From IMG/VR virus record IMGVR_UViG_3300037756_000054, positions 1-60,897 of that record: DNA of 60,897 nt. One strand, 5' to 3'. The notes below the pieces were generated by a model. The model had not been told where the DNA came from and ran no database searches. It saw nothing but the letters and a program-made list of their open reading frames with translations. The position numbers were made by a program, and so were the translations under genes. Source of the stretch: a virus. Taxonomy: Duplodnaviria; Caudoviricetes. Shown piece after piece: positions 26,282 to 35,274 of this stretch; positions within the stretch are counted from its first letter, which is position 1; the number at the start of each line of letters is the position of its first letter.

Positions 26282-27063
26282 AGCAGAACCTCCGTTGGGG
26301 CAGGCTCGGCAGCGCCCAGCCATGGCTTCATGGCGTCGCCCATGCGACGCGACAACCAGATGAGGTGCTGGTACACCTTCCACACGTCCTCGCTGGTATC
26401 CAGTGGACGAACGTCATACCCATCGGCCCGGACATGCACCACATACGAGGCATTGACACCCAGGGCAGACAACGACTGTTCGTTGCCATCGCCGTCCAAA
26501 TAGATCTCGCACCACCGGTAGGCGGCACATTGCAAGGCCGTTTCCGGGTAGACACCCTTGGACGTTTTCAGGTCCATCAGGGCGCGCTCACCGTTCGGCA
26601 GATCCGCGACCAGATCCAAGGTCCCGGCCAGCGTCCATTTCCGGGACGCCACTACCGCCTCCACCAAGACCGGTTTGGGCTGCCACTCGTCCAGGAACTT
26701 GACATACGACTCGACGTAACCGGACAGTTCTTCAGGTACGGCTACTTCTTCGCCCTTGACCAGACGCTCAGCCAGCGCATGCACCTCGGTTCCCCGGTTG
26801 CCAGCGGCGTCGCGCTGTTCCCAGGGCTTTCCCTTCAGTTCGTTGACAACCTTGTCGCGGTTCCAGTCGGCCATGGCGGCGATCTCTTCGGGATGGTCGG
26901 CGACCCATTCAGCGACGACCTTCGGCGCCCAGTTGATCAACGCCGGTTTCGGGACCGTGTTCTTCAGGACAGTGGTTACGCCATCGGCTTTGCGGCCATC
27001 GATCTGGTACCAGTGTGTCGGTTTCCCGTACCGCGTTTTGGAATCAATCCGTTTGATAGCCAC
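26278..27063 (-). CDS. PD-(D/E)XK exonuclease (Cas4/RecE-like)
   Basis: GVTTVL...RGTEVH...E...AGTLD...DLKT...LQCAAY. Confidence 0.85.
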   Translation of the reverse strand: MAIKRIDSKTRYGKPTHWYQIDGRKADGVTTVLKNTVPKPALINWAPKVVAEWVADHPEEIAAMADWNRDKVVNELKGKPWEQRDAAGNRGTEVHALAERLVKGEEVAVPEELSGYVESYVKFLDEWQPKPVLVEAVVASRKWTLAGTLDLVADLPNGERALMDLKTSKGVYPETALQCAAYRWCEIYLDGDGNEQSLSALGVNASYVVHVRADGYDVRPLDTSEDVWKVYQHLIWLSRRMGDAMKPWLGAAEPAPTEVLL

Positions 27064-27236
27064 TACGCCGCCTCCACCGTGTACACACCGCTGTTGCAAA
27101 CCACGGTCGGGCCGGCCATCGCCCGCTCGGCGGCGATCTCGGCGCGGATCTGCTCCACCCAGGACGCCATCCGGTCCTCGAAAACGGCCATCATGTCCAC
27201 CTCGGGAGGCTGTGTCACCGGCATCTGTTTCTTCAT
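27063..27236 (-). CDS. hypothetical protein
   Basis: GAAGGA SD. Confidence 0.5.
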   Translation of the reverse strand: MKKQMPVTQPPEVDMMAVFEDRMASWVEQIRAEIAAERAMAGPTVVCNSGVYTVEAA

Positions 27237-27292
27237 TTCGTGTCCTTCGTGGTAGGTGGGGCGGTCCCGCCCAGGGCCGCCCCGGAATGTGG

Positions 27293-27514
27293 TCATTGAG
27301 TGAGCCGCTTCGCGAGGTCTTCCAATGAGGCGCGCTCACTGTCGGACAGGGGCGATCCGTACCGTTTCGCGTAGTCGTACAGGTCGTATCCCAGGAGGTC
27401 CCGGTCGTATTCGGCTTGAGCGAGTTGGGCGTTGAGGACCCGGATACGGCGGGCCTGCACCAGGACCATTGCTGCCAGCAGGAACACGGCCAGGATCAAC
27501 ACCGGGACAGTCAT
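27293..27514 (-). CDS. membrane-anchored coiled-coil protein
   Basis: N-terminal TM; GGAGG SD. Confidence 0.6.
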   Translation of the reverse strand: MTVPVLILAVFLLAAMVLVQARRIRVLNAQLAQAEYDRDLLGYDLYDYAKRYGSPLSDSERASLEDLAKRLTQ

Positions 27515-27763
27515 GACTGGTCCTCCCGATCTGCCTTGAGGGCCGTTGAGAAGCAGGCGATCGAGAGCACGGCGTAGAACACCAGGGCGAGAGTGCAACC
27601 GACACTCAAAACGATCTCTAGTGGAGTCATGACGGGAACCCCTCCCAGAAACCGGCGTCCGGGCATTCCTCATCCGGGATATACGTCCAAGCGACACCCA
27701 GGACGGCGCCAGCCAGACAAAGCGCCACGGCACCCATGACCATCAGGTAGACAGCGAAGGCGG

Positions 27764-28063
27764 TCATGATTCGACCTCCACCATGTTCGGGCCGGGCGGG
27801 TCAGCATCAGGATCGATCCCGGCGTCCGTGATCGCCTCCAGCTGCTGCGGGGCGTCGATCCCGTCCAGCAGCTCAGGCGCCCACTCCAAGGGCCGCATGT
27901 GCAGATCGATCGCGGCGAACAGGACGCCCCGGCAGGGTGCGCACATGTCGATGATTCGCGCCGTCCCGCCAGCCAAAAGGTCCAGACAGTAGGTGTCCGT
28001 TACGTCCAGTGTGCACACTGCGCAGTCGAGCGGCGGGGCTGTAGCGTCATCCATATTGATCAT
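27764..28063 (-). CDS. hypothetical Zn-binding protein
   Basis: CAVC...CAPC. Confidence 0.55.
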   Translation of the reverse strand: MINMDDATAPPLDCAVCTLDVTDTYCLDLLAGGTARIIDMCAPCRGVLFAAIDLHMRPLEWAPELLDGIDAPQQLEAITDAGIDPDADPPGPNMVEVES

Positions 28064-28341
28064 GACCGCACCACGTCCGGCGCTTTGTAGCCGACCAGCA
28101 GGTCCGCGACTTCCGTCGGTTCCGGCCACCGCTTGGTTTTGGTGGCGGACGGGCTGGTAACCCGCCAGTACCCGGCATCGGGTCCCCTCCCGACAACCAC
28201 ACGCCAACCGGTCGGGTGCCAGTGGGTAGCGAAATTCCCGAGGTGCTCGCCGTGGACCCAATCGCCACCCAACGCCAGCCGGGTCGCGTCCGCCAGAGCG
28301 GCGACAGACCTATCAGTGTCAACTTGAACGATGGTGGTCAT
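28060..28341 (-). CDS. hypothetical protein
   Basis: ATGA overlaps. Confidence 0.55.
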   Translation of the reverse strand: MTTIVQVDTDRSVAALADATRLALGGDWVHGEHLGNFATHWHPTGWRVVVGRGPDAGYWRVTSPSATKTKRWPEPTEVADLLVGYKAPDVVRS

Positions 28342-28450
28342 GATCGCCCCCAATTGGTGATCAGTAGGACGGCGCTGATGGTCAGACCAATCAGGAGCAT
28401 GGCCGCGCCGACAATGAATTGCGGATTGACGGTGGTGTTTTCGATGAGGG

Positions 28451-28759
28451 TCACGAGATTTCCCCCGTCTTGGTGTTCACTCGCGGGCCGGAATATGGGA
28501 CCGGTGCCGCTGGCAGGGAACCCGCCGGGGCGGTCAGGTCGTGCGAGGCCAGCAGAACGTGAGACTCGTCGGGGATGATGGTCCCGGTGACCGCCATGGC
28601 GGTACCGTCCACAACCACATCCACAGTGAACGCCGACAGTGCCAGCCAGGCCCGCACCGCAGCCCGCGCAATGTTTTCGTTCTCTCCGTGGAACTCGATC
28701 CGGTCGCGGCGTTGCGTCTGGATCGTCCAGGTGTTGATGGTGCCGTCGGGGACATTCAC
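28451..28759 (-). CDS. hypothetical protein
   Basis: GTGA overlaps. Confidence 0.55.
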   Translation of the reverse strand: MNVPDGTINTWTIQTQRRDRIEFHGENENIARAAVRAWLALSAFTVDVVVDGTAMAVTGTIIPDESHVLLASHDLTAPAGSLPAAPVPYSGPRVNTKTGEIS

Positions 28760-28995
28760 GACGCACCGCCCTTGTAGACGGTGTATGTGACCGGGTAGCG
28801 GGTCGGGAGCTCCCGCAGCAGACCTACGGCCGAATCAACGTCGATGGCGCCGGAGGCCAGTTCCAGCGCCCACACTCGGGTAGCGATCGTGCGGGTCCGC
28901 AGCAGGTCACGGTCGGCCTGCGGGTTGCCGTCGGCTATTGGCACATCCAGTGCAAGCGCCACAGCGGCAGCCAGCTTCTGCGCTTGCGTTGTCAT
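28756..28995 (-). CDS. hypothetical protein
   Basis: ATGA overlap. Confidence 0.55.
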   Translation of the reverse strand: MTTQAQKLAAAVALALDVPIADGNPQADRDLLRTRTIATRVWALELASGAIDVDSAVGLLRELPTRYPVTYTVYKGGAS

Positions 28996-29315
28996 GACGC
29001 CACCGCCGGGATCCACTCGAAAGCGCGGTCGATCGCGGTCAGCTGGCGGGACTCGTCCAAGGGCGCACCCAGGATCCGCAGTACCGCCACAACCTCGTCC
29101 GGGCCGACCCAGCGGAGGCCAGCGTGGCCACCGTTCGGCATCCAAATGTCGACCTGCGGGCGAACATCGCTGGCAGTCACCTGCCAGCCATCGGATTCCC
29201 ACTTGTGGGCATCCTGGTCGTACCGCCAGCCATACAGGGCATCGATCAAACCTGTGATGACGCCGACGGCCTTATCGTGTAGCTCGAACCTGTTCGGGTT
29301 CGGGTAAGTTTTCAT
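28992..29315 (-). CDS. hypothetical protein
   Basis: AAAGGA SD after a hairpin. Confidence 0.65.
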   Translation of the reverse strand: MKTYPNPNRFELHDKAVGVITGLIDALYGWRYDQDAHKWESDGWQVTASDVRPQVDIWMPNGGHAGLRWVGPDEVVAVLRILGAPLDESRQLTAIDRAFEWIPAVAS

Positions 29316-29386
29316 TGCTCGGCACTTCCTTTCTAGATCTGCCTTGCGTGGCCGTCAGGCGTTCGCGCGCCTGGCGGCCCTTGTCG

Positions 29387-29459
29387 TTCCTCAGGGAGGT
29401 TTCGGGCCTCCGTCTCCCGCCGGGTGTGGCGGGCGCTCTACCTGTTGAGCTACTGGGGA
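29387..29459 (-). ncRNA. tRNA-like element 4 (canonical D arm, non-canonical anticodon and T loops)
   Basis: TCCCCAG/CTGAGGA; TA-GCTC-AACAGGTA-GAGC; CCCGCC-ACACCC-GGCGGG; GGAGG-CCCGAAA-CCTCC. Confidence 0.7.
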
Positions 29460-29646
29460 TTAGTCCCGGTCCGACAATTCATCGGGGGAGAGTGGGTCGG
29501 AATGACCAACCGGACCGGGAGTTTTAGGTGGGTCGCCCGCCAGCACCCCAGCCATACGGGCGACCCAAGCAGGAGACGTATGCGACTGCGATGCCTCCTG
29601 CGTCCGTCCACTACGGTCACCCCTCAGCACCGGGGACGGAGACTCA

Positions 29647-29823
29647 CTATGCAGTTATGGATTCGTGTGCTTCGGCGGCGGCGATCAGGTGGGGCCGGAT
29701 CATTGCCGCCAGTCGCCGCAGCACGTCCGGGGGGAGCGGCGGGGGAGATTCGTTCGGCGGCCGGGGGTCGGGGGGTTTGGGGCCCCCAGGTTTCGGTCCG
29801 CCTGGTCGGGTTCCACGGGTCAT
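29647..29823 (-). CDS. Pro-rich small protein
   Basis: ATGA overlap with the cro-like gene. Confidence 0.5.
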   Translation of the reverse strand: MTRGTRPGGPKPGGPKPPDPRPPNESPPPLPPDVLRRLAAMIRPHLIAAAEAHESITA

Positions 29824-30044
29824 GATTCGGCCGCCTGTCGGGTGAGGTAGTCCTCCACGGCGCTGGCGTCGACGCATGTCACAACCTGGTCGATGCGCTG
29901 GACGCTGAACGCGCCTTTCCTGGCCAGTCGCCACACTTGGCGTTTGCTGCAATTCAGCAGTCGGGCTACTTCGGCTATCGGGTAGACGACTCGCTCTCGT
30001 GTCCCTTCGGTCGGGCCACAGATGATGTGAAGTGTCTCTCGCAT
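29820..30044 (-). CDS. Cro/excisionase-like HTH protein (leaderless)
   Basis: YPIAEVARLLNCSKRQVWRLARKG; divergent from the repressor. Confidence 0.8.
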   Translation of the reverse strand: MRETLHIICGPTEGTRERVVYPIAEVARLLNCSKRQVWRLARKGAFSVQRIDQVVTCVDASAVEDYLTRQAAES

Positions 30045-30050
30045 AGGACC

Positions 30051-30079
30051 ATCATAGGGTGTCCCGCACGTCGGACCAA
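30051..30079 (-). promoter_or_regulatory. early lytic promoter
   Basis: TTGGTC-17-TATGAT, 6 nt before ATG at 30044. Confidence 0.7.
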
Positions 30080-30201
30080 TAGGCCGAACGGATGATGTTG
30101 CGTCCTGCCTGCGGGACATAGACTTTAGGGTATGGCAACCCTAATCAAAACTCCCCGGGCAACGCGGTTCCGAAGGCGGTTTGTGTCCCGCAGGCGGGAC
30201 A
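30060..30201. promoter_or_regulatory. three 18-bp operators (30060-77, 30101-18, 30184-201)
   Basis: Perfect TGTCCCGC-AG-GCGGGACA plus two variants. Confidence 0.8.
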
Positions 30202-30251
30202 AATTGCCGACCAGGAGCAGGAGGAAGCACCGCGGGCCCTATGTTTGTCTC

Positions 30252-30776
30252 ATGGACAGGACACCAGATGTCCCAGACGCGTCACCACAGCAACAGTTCG
30301 CGGACTGGGTGGATCGCGTCATAAAACACTTCAAGGCGACGCAGGGCTGGAGTGTTCGTCGCGTGGTGGCCGCATCCGGTGTGTCACGGTCGAACGTGTA
30401 TCGCTGGCTGGATGCCGACGCGCCTAAGGGACCCGACAAGGCCACCGTCATGAGATTCTGTCTCAATCTCGAGCTGGATCTGGATGAGCCATTCGCCTTC
30501 TTTGGGTGGGACCCAGCAGGTCCAGGGGTGCCGGCTAAACCTGACCCGCTCCCAATCCCGCCGATGGGGGAGGGCTTCCGCGAGCTCGTGTCGATCCGTT
30601 ATGAGACACCGGATCTGACCGATGAGGAGGCGGCCGATCTGGACGATCAGATTTATCTGTGGGTCCAGATTTATCGGAGGCGCAGGCAGCGGCGGCGTGG
30701 GGAAACCAACTCTGACGGCAAGCGCGTAACAGGATTATTTAGTCTAAACCGGACGGACTACGCTACGTTAGTCTGA
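30252..30776 (+). CDS. immunity repressor (XRE-type HTH)
   Basis: GWSVRRVVAASGVSRSNVYRWL; divergent from cro and upstream of the integrase; start chosen from TATGTT-6-ATG. Confidence 0.8.
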   Translation: MDRTPDVPDASPQQQFADWVDRVIKHFKATQGWSVRRVVAASGVSRSNVYRWLDADAPKGPDKATVMRFCLNLELDLDEPFAFFGWDPAGPGVPAKPDPLPIPPMGEGFRELVSIRYETPDLTDEEAADLDDQIYLWVQIYRRRRQRRRGETNSDGKRVTGLFSLNRTDYATLV

Positions 30777-30851
30777 ATGGGCATACGATAAATGATCTCG
30801 GCGGGGCCAGCGTCAGACATCCCAATCATCTATTGTCCAATGGGGTACCAG

Positions 30852-31289
30852 ATGACACATTTCGATCCCCCCACCACCTATGAGCCCCGCGAGCGTGCCG
30901 CCGCCACCGCCGCTGCTGTCATTGTAGGCTCAGTTCTACTGTGGGTAATCTATCTATTTGTTTTCGCCATCCAACTACCAATCAGTGCATTCGCCCTCGG
31001 TATAGCGGTATCGGGCACCACCAGTTCGGTGATCATCACCTGCTGGTATCTGATGCGCCGCGCCAATGCCGCCGAGCATCGACAGATCATGACCGTCATA
31101 GCCGAACTGCACACCGACCATACGCAAATGATCGCTGAGGTTCAGCGCCTAAAGTCCACGATGGATAGCCAGACTCGCGAGAGTCTGCTGGAGATCGCCA
31201 ACGATATGGACACCATGGACGACACCGTGGTTCCCATTAATCGCCATCGGCCCACCAGACCTATCAGGCCGGATCAGTTCGACAACTAA
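30852..31289 (+). CDS. two-TM membrane protein with coiled coil (lysogeny operon)
   Basis: Two hydrophobic helices. Confidence 0.65.
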   Translation: MTHFDPPTTYEPRERAAATAAAVIVGSVLLWVIYLFVFAIQLPISAFALGIAVSGTTSSVIITCWYLMRRANAAEHRQIMTVIAELHTDHTQMIAEVQRLKSTMDSQTRESLLEIANDMDTMDDTVVPINRHRPTRPIRPDQFDN

Positions 31290-31419
31290 CCAGGTAGCCC
31301 TCGCCCGGTACGCGAGGGCTGTTCTGTGTCTATGATTCCGCCTATGACCACGTACGACCCTACTGGCGGGTATCGACCCGATATGGATGCGTCCGGTCGG
31401 TAACCTGTAACATGAGCGC

Positions 31420-32877
31420 ATGGGTCCTCTACCACGTGATTTTACCGCCACATGCCGGACAGCCATCTACCTACGCGTCAGCATCGACAGACGTAAACGC
31501 AGGTCAGTCACCCAACAAGGCAACGAATGCGCCACCGAACTGACCAAATTGGGGATCGACCCCGACACTGCGACGGTCTACGACGACAACGACAAGTCAG
31601 CCTCCGGGTACTCCCGGAAACTCCGGGACGCCTGGGCTGCCCTCGTCGCCGACCTGGATCAGATCAACCTGATCATCATGTGGGAGTCATCCCGAGGCGG
31701 ACGCGAAGACCTCGAATGGACGCAGTTTCTGCGGAACTGCCGTTCACGCGGCGTCCTGATCCACGTCGTCAAGGACCACCGGACCTACGATGTCCGCAAC
31801 CGCCTGGACTACAAGGATCTGGCGAAGCAGGGAATCGACAACGCCGACTATTCAGCCGAACTGTCGGAGCGCATCCAGCGGGACAAGCAGTGGATCCGAG
31901 ACGAGGGCCTGCCGGACGGCCAGGCGGCATTCGGGTGGACCCGCGACTACGACCCGAAAACGCGGGAGCTGATCGCGCAACGCCCCGTACCCGAACAGAT
32001 CCCGGTGGTAAAAAGCGTCCTGCACCGGATCGTGGAGGGCTTCGCCATCACGCAGATCTCCCGAGAGCTCGGATTGACCCGGAACATGGTCCGCCGGATC
32101 GCCCTCAACCCCATTCACATCGGGCGCCGGTACAAACCCGGCACCACCGAACTAGATTCGCGCCCAGGCAACTGGGGTGTCCTATATCCCGGCGTGGAGG
32201 ACATGTGGTGGCAGGCCAGGAGGATCTTGACCGACCCGGCCAGGAAAACCACCAAACCCGGGAAGGGCAAACATCTAGCGTCCTATATTGCGATCTCAGG
32301 CTGCGGTCACCCATTGGGGGTCATGACCCGCCAAGGAAGCCCTTACTACATCTGCTCGGCCGACCAATGCGTTGGCGTGAAACGGGACTGGCTGGACGCC
32401 TACCTCAAAAAATTGATGGTGGACCGGTTCACCGAACCGGACCTGTGGAATGAGGCAATCAAACACGATGATGCCGACGTGCTCGCCGCCCACGCCGAGG
32501 CCGCCGAACTGCGAGAACTCCTGGACGGAATGTGGCGGCAGGTGAAGGCCGGCAAGCTCCCGCTGGCGCGGTACACCGACGCCGACGCCGAACTGACGTC
32601 GCAGATTGAGGCCGCCGACCAACGCGGCAAAGAAGCCGGGTTGCCGCCCCAGCTGCGGACGCTGGCGCGCATCGTCCTAGACCACGAACAGCGCGTGGCT
32701 AAGAAGCTGATATCGGAGGCTCTGGAGTCAATGCCGGTATCGGGGTTGCGGGATGTACTGCGGTTGCTGTTCGCGGAGATCCGAGTGGACCCGAGCCGGG
32801 AGGGGCCGCGCGGCGGCAGGCAAGCCAAGCTGGATAAGTCGCGCATCCACTACGTCTGGCGCACCGATTGGACGTAA
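31420..32877 (+). CDS. large serine integrase
   Basis: AIYLRVS catalytic Ser; WESSRGGR; recombinase, Zn-ribbon and coiled-coil regions. Confidence 0.93.
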   Translation: MGPLPRDFTATCRTAIYLRVSIDRRKRRSVTQQGNECATELTKLGIDPDTATVYDDNDKSASGYSRKLRDAWAALVADLDQINLIIMWESSRGGREDLEWTQFLRNCRSRGVLIHVVKDHRTYDVRNRLDYKDLAKQGIDNADYSAELSERIQRDKQWIRDEGLPDGQAAFGWTRDYDPKTRELIAQRPVPEQIPVVKSVLHRIVEGFAITQISRELGLTRNMVRRIALNPIHIGRRYKPGTTELDSRPGNWGVLYPGVEDMWWQARRILTDPARKTTKPGKGKHLASYIAISGCGHPLGVMTRQGSPYYICSADQCVGVKRDWLDAYLKKLMVDRFTEPDLWNEAIKHDDADVLAAHAEAAELRELLDGMWRQVKAGKLPLARYTDADAELTSQIEAADQRGKEAGLPPQLRTLARIVLDHEQRVAKKLISEALESMPVSGLRDVLRLLFAEIRVDPSREGPRGGRQAKLDKSRIHYVWRTDWT

Positions 32878-33242
32878 TGTTAAGAGACCCTGACGGTGGA
32901 CAGGACCAGTGCCGCACCGCCAGGGCCGCGTAGGGACCGGCAACTCCTGCCCGGGCGCCGGTCCGGGCTATTCATATAACGGACAACGAGTGCGGCGCAA
33001 TGCGAGATGCGCCCTGTACAGTTTCATGTTTTCAAATAGTGATAGATCAAGGTGTTGCAAGTACCCATAGGACGTACGCAGCCCATAGGGCGCCAACAAC
33101 GATCCCAGCGCCAGCACAGTAGTGGGAGAGCCTCACGGTTCCTCCTCGAATTGGGGGACGGCCGCCGTCGGGCGTGAGACGGCCGTCCCAGTGATGCGGA
33201 TAAAGTTCCTGCCCGGCCCCTCCGTGCGGGGCCGGGCCAGCT

Positions 33243-33419
33243 TCAAAGGCCGACAGCGGTGAGGATGCCGGGATACACCGCGATCACGGCCACAGCGAGG
33301 ATGCCGAGTGCCCACAGTCCGGCTTTGGCTTGCCACCGCCAGTTGGGGCTGACCTTCCACAAGATGACGGCGACCCCGGCGATGACTAGGACGGTGATGG
33401 TCCACGATTTCTCATCCAT
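33243..33419 (-). CDS. small two-TM membrane protein
   Basis: MDEKSWTITVLVIAGVAVILW...WALGILAVAVIAVY. Confidence 0.6.
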   Translation of the reverse strand: MDEKSWTITVLVIAGVAVILWKVSPNWRWQAKAGLWALGILAVAVIAVYPGILTAVGL

Positions 33420-33627
33420 GGCACGGCCCGGGAGCCTTGCAGTCCGGGCATGGCTCGGTTGCTGGCCGAGGTCGACCGCCGCAGCGGCAGCGCGTCCAGG
33501 AGGCAGCGATCCGGTCAGGCCGGGCGATGGTTGCCACCGAGGCGACTGCGGCTTTCGGTGTTGGTGGGACATGCAGGCCGCCCAGGAACCGGCGGACCAG
33601 CTCCCGGTAAGCCGGATGGTTCTTCAT
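33412..33627 (-). CDS. small Cys-containing protein
   Basis: CRC...CPDC; AGGAGG SD. Confidence 0.5.
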   Translation of the reverse strand: MKNHPAYRELVRRFLGGLHVPPTPKAAVASVATIARPDRIAASWTRCRCGGRPRPATEPCPDCKAPGPCHG

Positions 33628-33788
33628 GACGCCGCCTCCTGAGACAGGATCGAGTCAGCCAGTTTCCGTCGCGGGCAGGGATGCGGGACGCGATACGGAT
33701 AATGCTTCGTGCACCAGACGCAGCAGCCGAAAGCGTCTGGTACGTGGATCAACAGGAACCACCGGCACTGGTCCTCCATGGCGGTCAT
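33624..33788 (-). CDS. small Cys/His protein
   Basis: HVPD..GCCVWC...HPC. Confidence 0.5.
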   Translation of the reverse strand: MTAMEDQCRWFLLIHVPDAFGCCVWCTKHYPYRVPHPCPRRKLADSILSQEAAS

Positions 33789-33937
33789 GACCGGCTCACC
33801 CGCTCCACAGCGGGGCATGGCCATCTGACCCGCCGCTCCTGATTGCGGGAGCAGAGGGCGCAGAACTCGCCAGTCCAGCCGTCCGGAGAGTGCCCGCCAT
33901 CGTTTGAGACCACCTGCTTGCGCATTCGCTTGATCAT
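33785..33937 (-). CDS. small Cys/His protein
   Basis: H...FCALC...WPC. Confidence 0.5.
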   Translation of the reverse strand: MIKRMRKQVVSNDGGHSPDGWTGEFCALCSRNQERRVRWPCPAVERVSRS

Positions 33938-34257
33938 TGGTCGCACTCCCCCTCGATGGCGCGGTAAACCTCCACGCCCCTCTCCCGGAGCCGCTGCGGC
34001 ACCTCCGGGGGAACCGACGACAGGAACGAGATATCGAATCGCGCGTGAGGCCATGGCAGCCGCAGCTCCCCAGCAGTGATATAGCCGAAGTCGACCCCGT
34101 TCTCCCGGAAAGTGACCGGCCAGCGCCCGGTGGTGGAGATTTCGTACGTGCGGCCGTCGATCTCCACAGTGTTCTTGCCGGTATCTGAAAGTCCCGGTGG
34201 CGGCTGGGCGGGCTCCCGGAGGTGGTATCCGGTTATCCTGAGTCTCGAGTCATTCAT
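33934..34257 (-). CDS. hypothetical protein divergent from XRE
   Basis: GAGG SD. Confidence 0.55.
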   Translation of the reverse strand: MNDSRLRITGYHLREPAQPPPGLSDTGKNTVEIDGRTYEISTTGRWPVTFRENGVDFGYITAGELRLPWPHARFDISFLSSVPPEVPQRLRERGVEVYRAIEGECDQ

Positions 34258-34455
34258 GACGACCTCTATTCGTCTGGGTGACGGGGCGGCCCGGTAGAGC
34301 GGGCCGCCCCTTTTCGTGGGCAACGTCCTGCCCACACCTCGACCGTAGGTGACCAGCCACACATGCGATAGGGGAAACACGCTCCTCGTTGCGTGGCACT
34401 CGTGGCGTGTGATCCGTGCCGTGTCGCGCGTCACGAGGGGCGTATGGTGTGCTGT

Positions 34456-35274
34456 ATGTCCAGCGAAACGACACCAACCCTGGCCCGCCGATACATCGGT
34501 GAAACCCTAGAACGGCAACGCATCGAAGCAGGGCTCTCGCGCGGGCGAGTCGCCACCGAGTTGGGGAAATCCGCTGAAACTATCCGCCGCTGGGAAAACG
34601 GGGAAGCTCCCGTCTCCGTGTCGTTCATTCGCGATATGGGGCGCATGTATGAAGCACCTCTAGCCGTGATTAGTAGATTGTGCGCACTGGCGTTGGAAAC
34701 CAAACAAAGCGGGCTGTTTGAAGGACGGCACGTTCCCACCGAAGCGAGAGTCCTTTGGGAGTCCGAAACCACGGCTCAGCTGATTCGATCGGTGGAGCTG
34801 GAGAACATTCCAGGGCTGCTGCAAACACCGGAGTACCACCGCACGGTCCAAGCCGCGCAACTGCCGGTCGACGCTGAGACCGCCGAGCGTAGCCGGGAAT
34901 TCCGCACCCGAAGGCAGCGCAATCTGTTCGGCCGCAAGGAACTACCTCGCATGGAGTTCATGATCGGCCGCGCAGCCATTGACTACACTAGCCGCCACCC
35001 GGGTGTATATGCCGATCAGCTTGCCCGTTTGCGGGAGGTGGCGAATATGCCGGAGGCGGAAATTCGGGTGATAGCTGACTTCCATGCTGGCATGCTGGGG
35101 TCTTTCACTTTGATTACCCCGCGTCAAGGCGCGCTGGGAGCTCGTCCCTTTGTTTATATCGAGGCAGCGGACGGAGTTCGCTATGAGGAATCCAGCGACG
35201 TAGTGTCCCTGTACGAGCAGGTCTACCCTGCCGTCAATGAAACCGCGATTCTACTGGAGGAATATCTGAAATGA
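34456..35274 (+). CDS. XRE-family regulator with DUF5753 domain (WhiJ/Scr1-like)
   Basis: N-terminal HTH; E..A..I..IPGLLQTPEY...RRQ; YIE C-terminus. Confidence 0.9.
   Translation: MSSETTPTLARRYIGETLERQRIEAGLSRGRVATELGKSAETIRRWENGEAPVSVSFIRDMGRMYEAPLAVISRLCALALETKQSGLFEGRHVPTEARVLWESETTAQLIRSVELENIPGLLQTPEYHRTVQAAQLPVDAETAERSREFRTRRQRNLFGRKELPRMEFMIGRAAIDYTSRHPGVYADQLARLREVANMPEAEIRVIADFHAGMLGSFTLITPRQGALGARPFVYIEAADGVRYEESSDVVSLYEQVYPAVNETAILLEEYLK

Noticed and set aside
26278-27063. CRISPR Cas4
   Set aside because: No Fe-S cysteines, and it is paired with ERF, so it is a phage recombination exonuclease.
30084-30095. CCGAACGGATGA shared with ~36702-36713
   Set aside because: A single 12-bp match could be chance, although both copies lie in regulatory regions.
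30132-30251. Longer repressor N-terminus
   Set aside because: It covers an operator and reads as non-protein-like; a leaderless start at 30252 is preferred but unproven.
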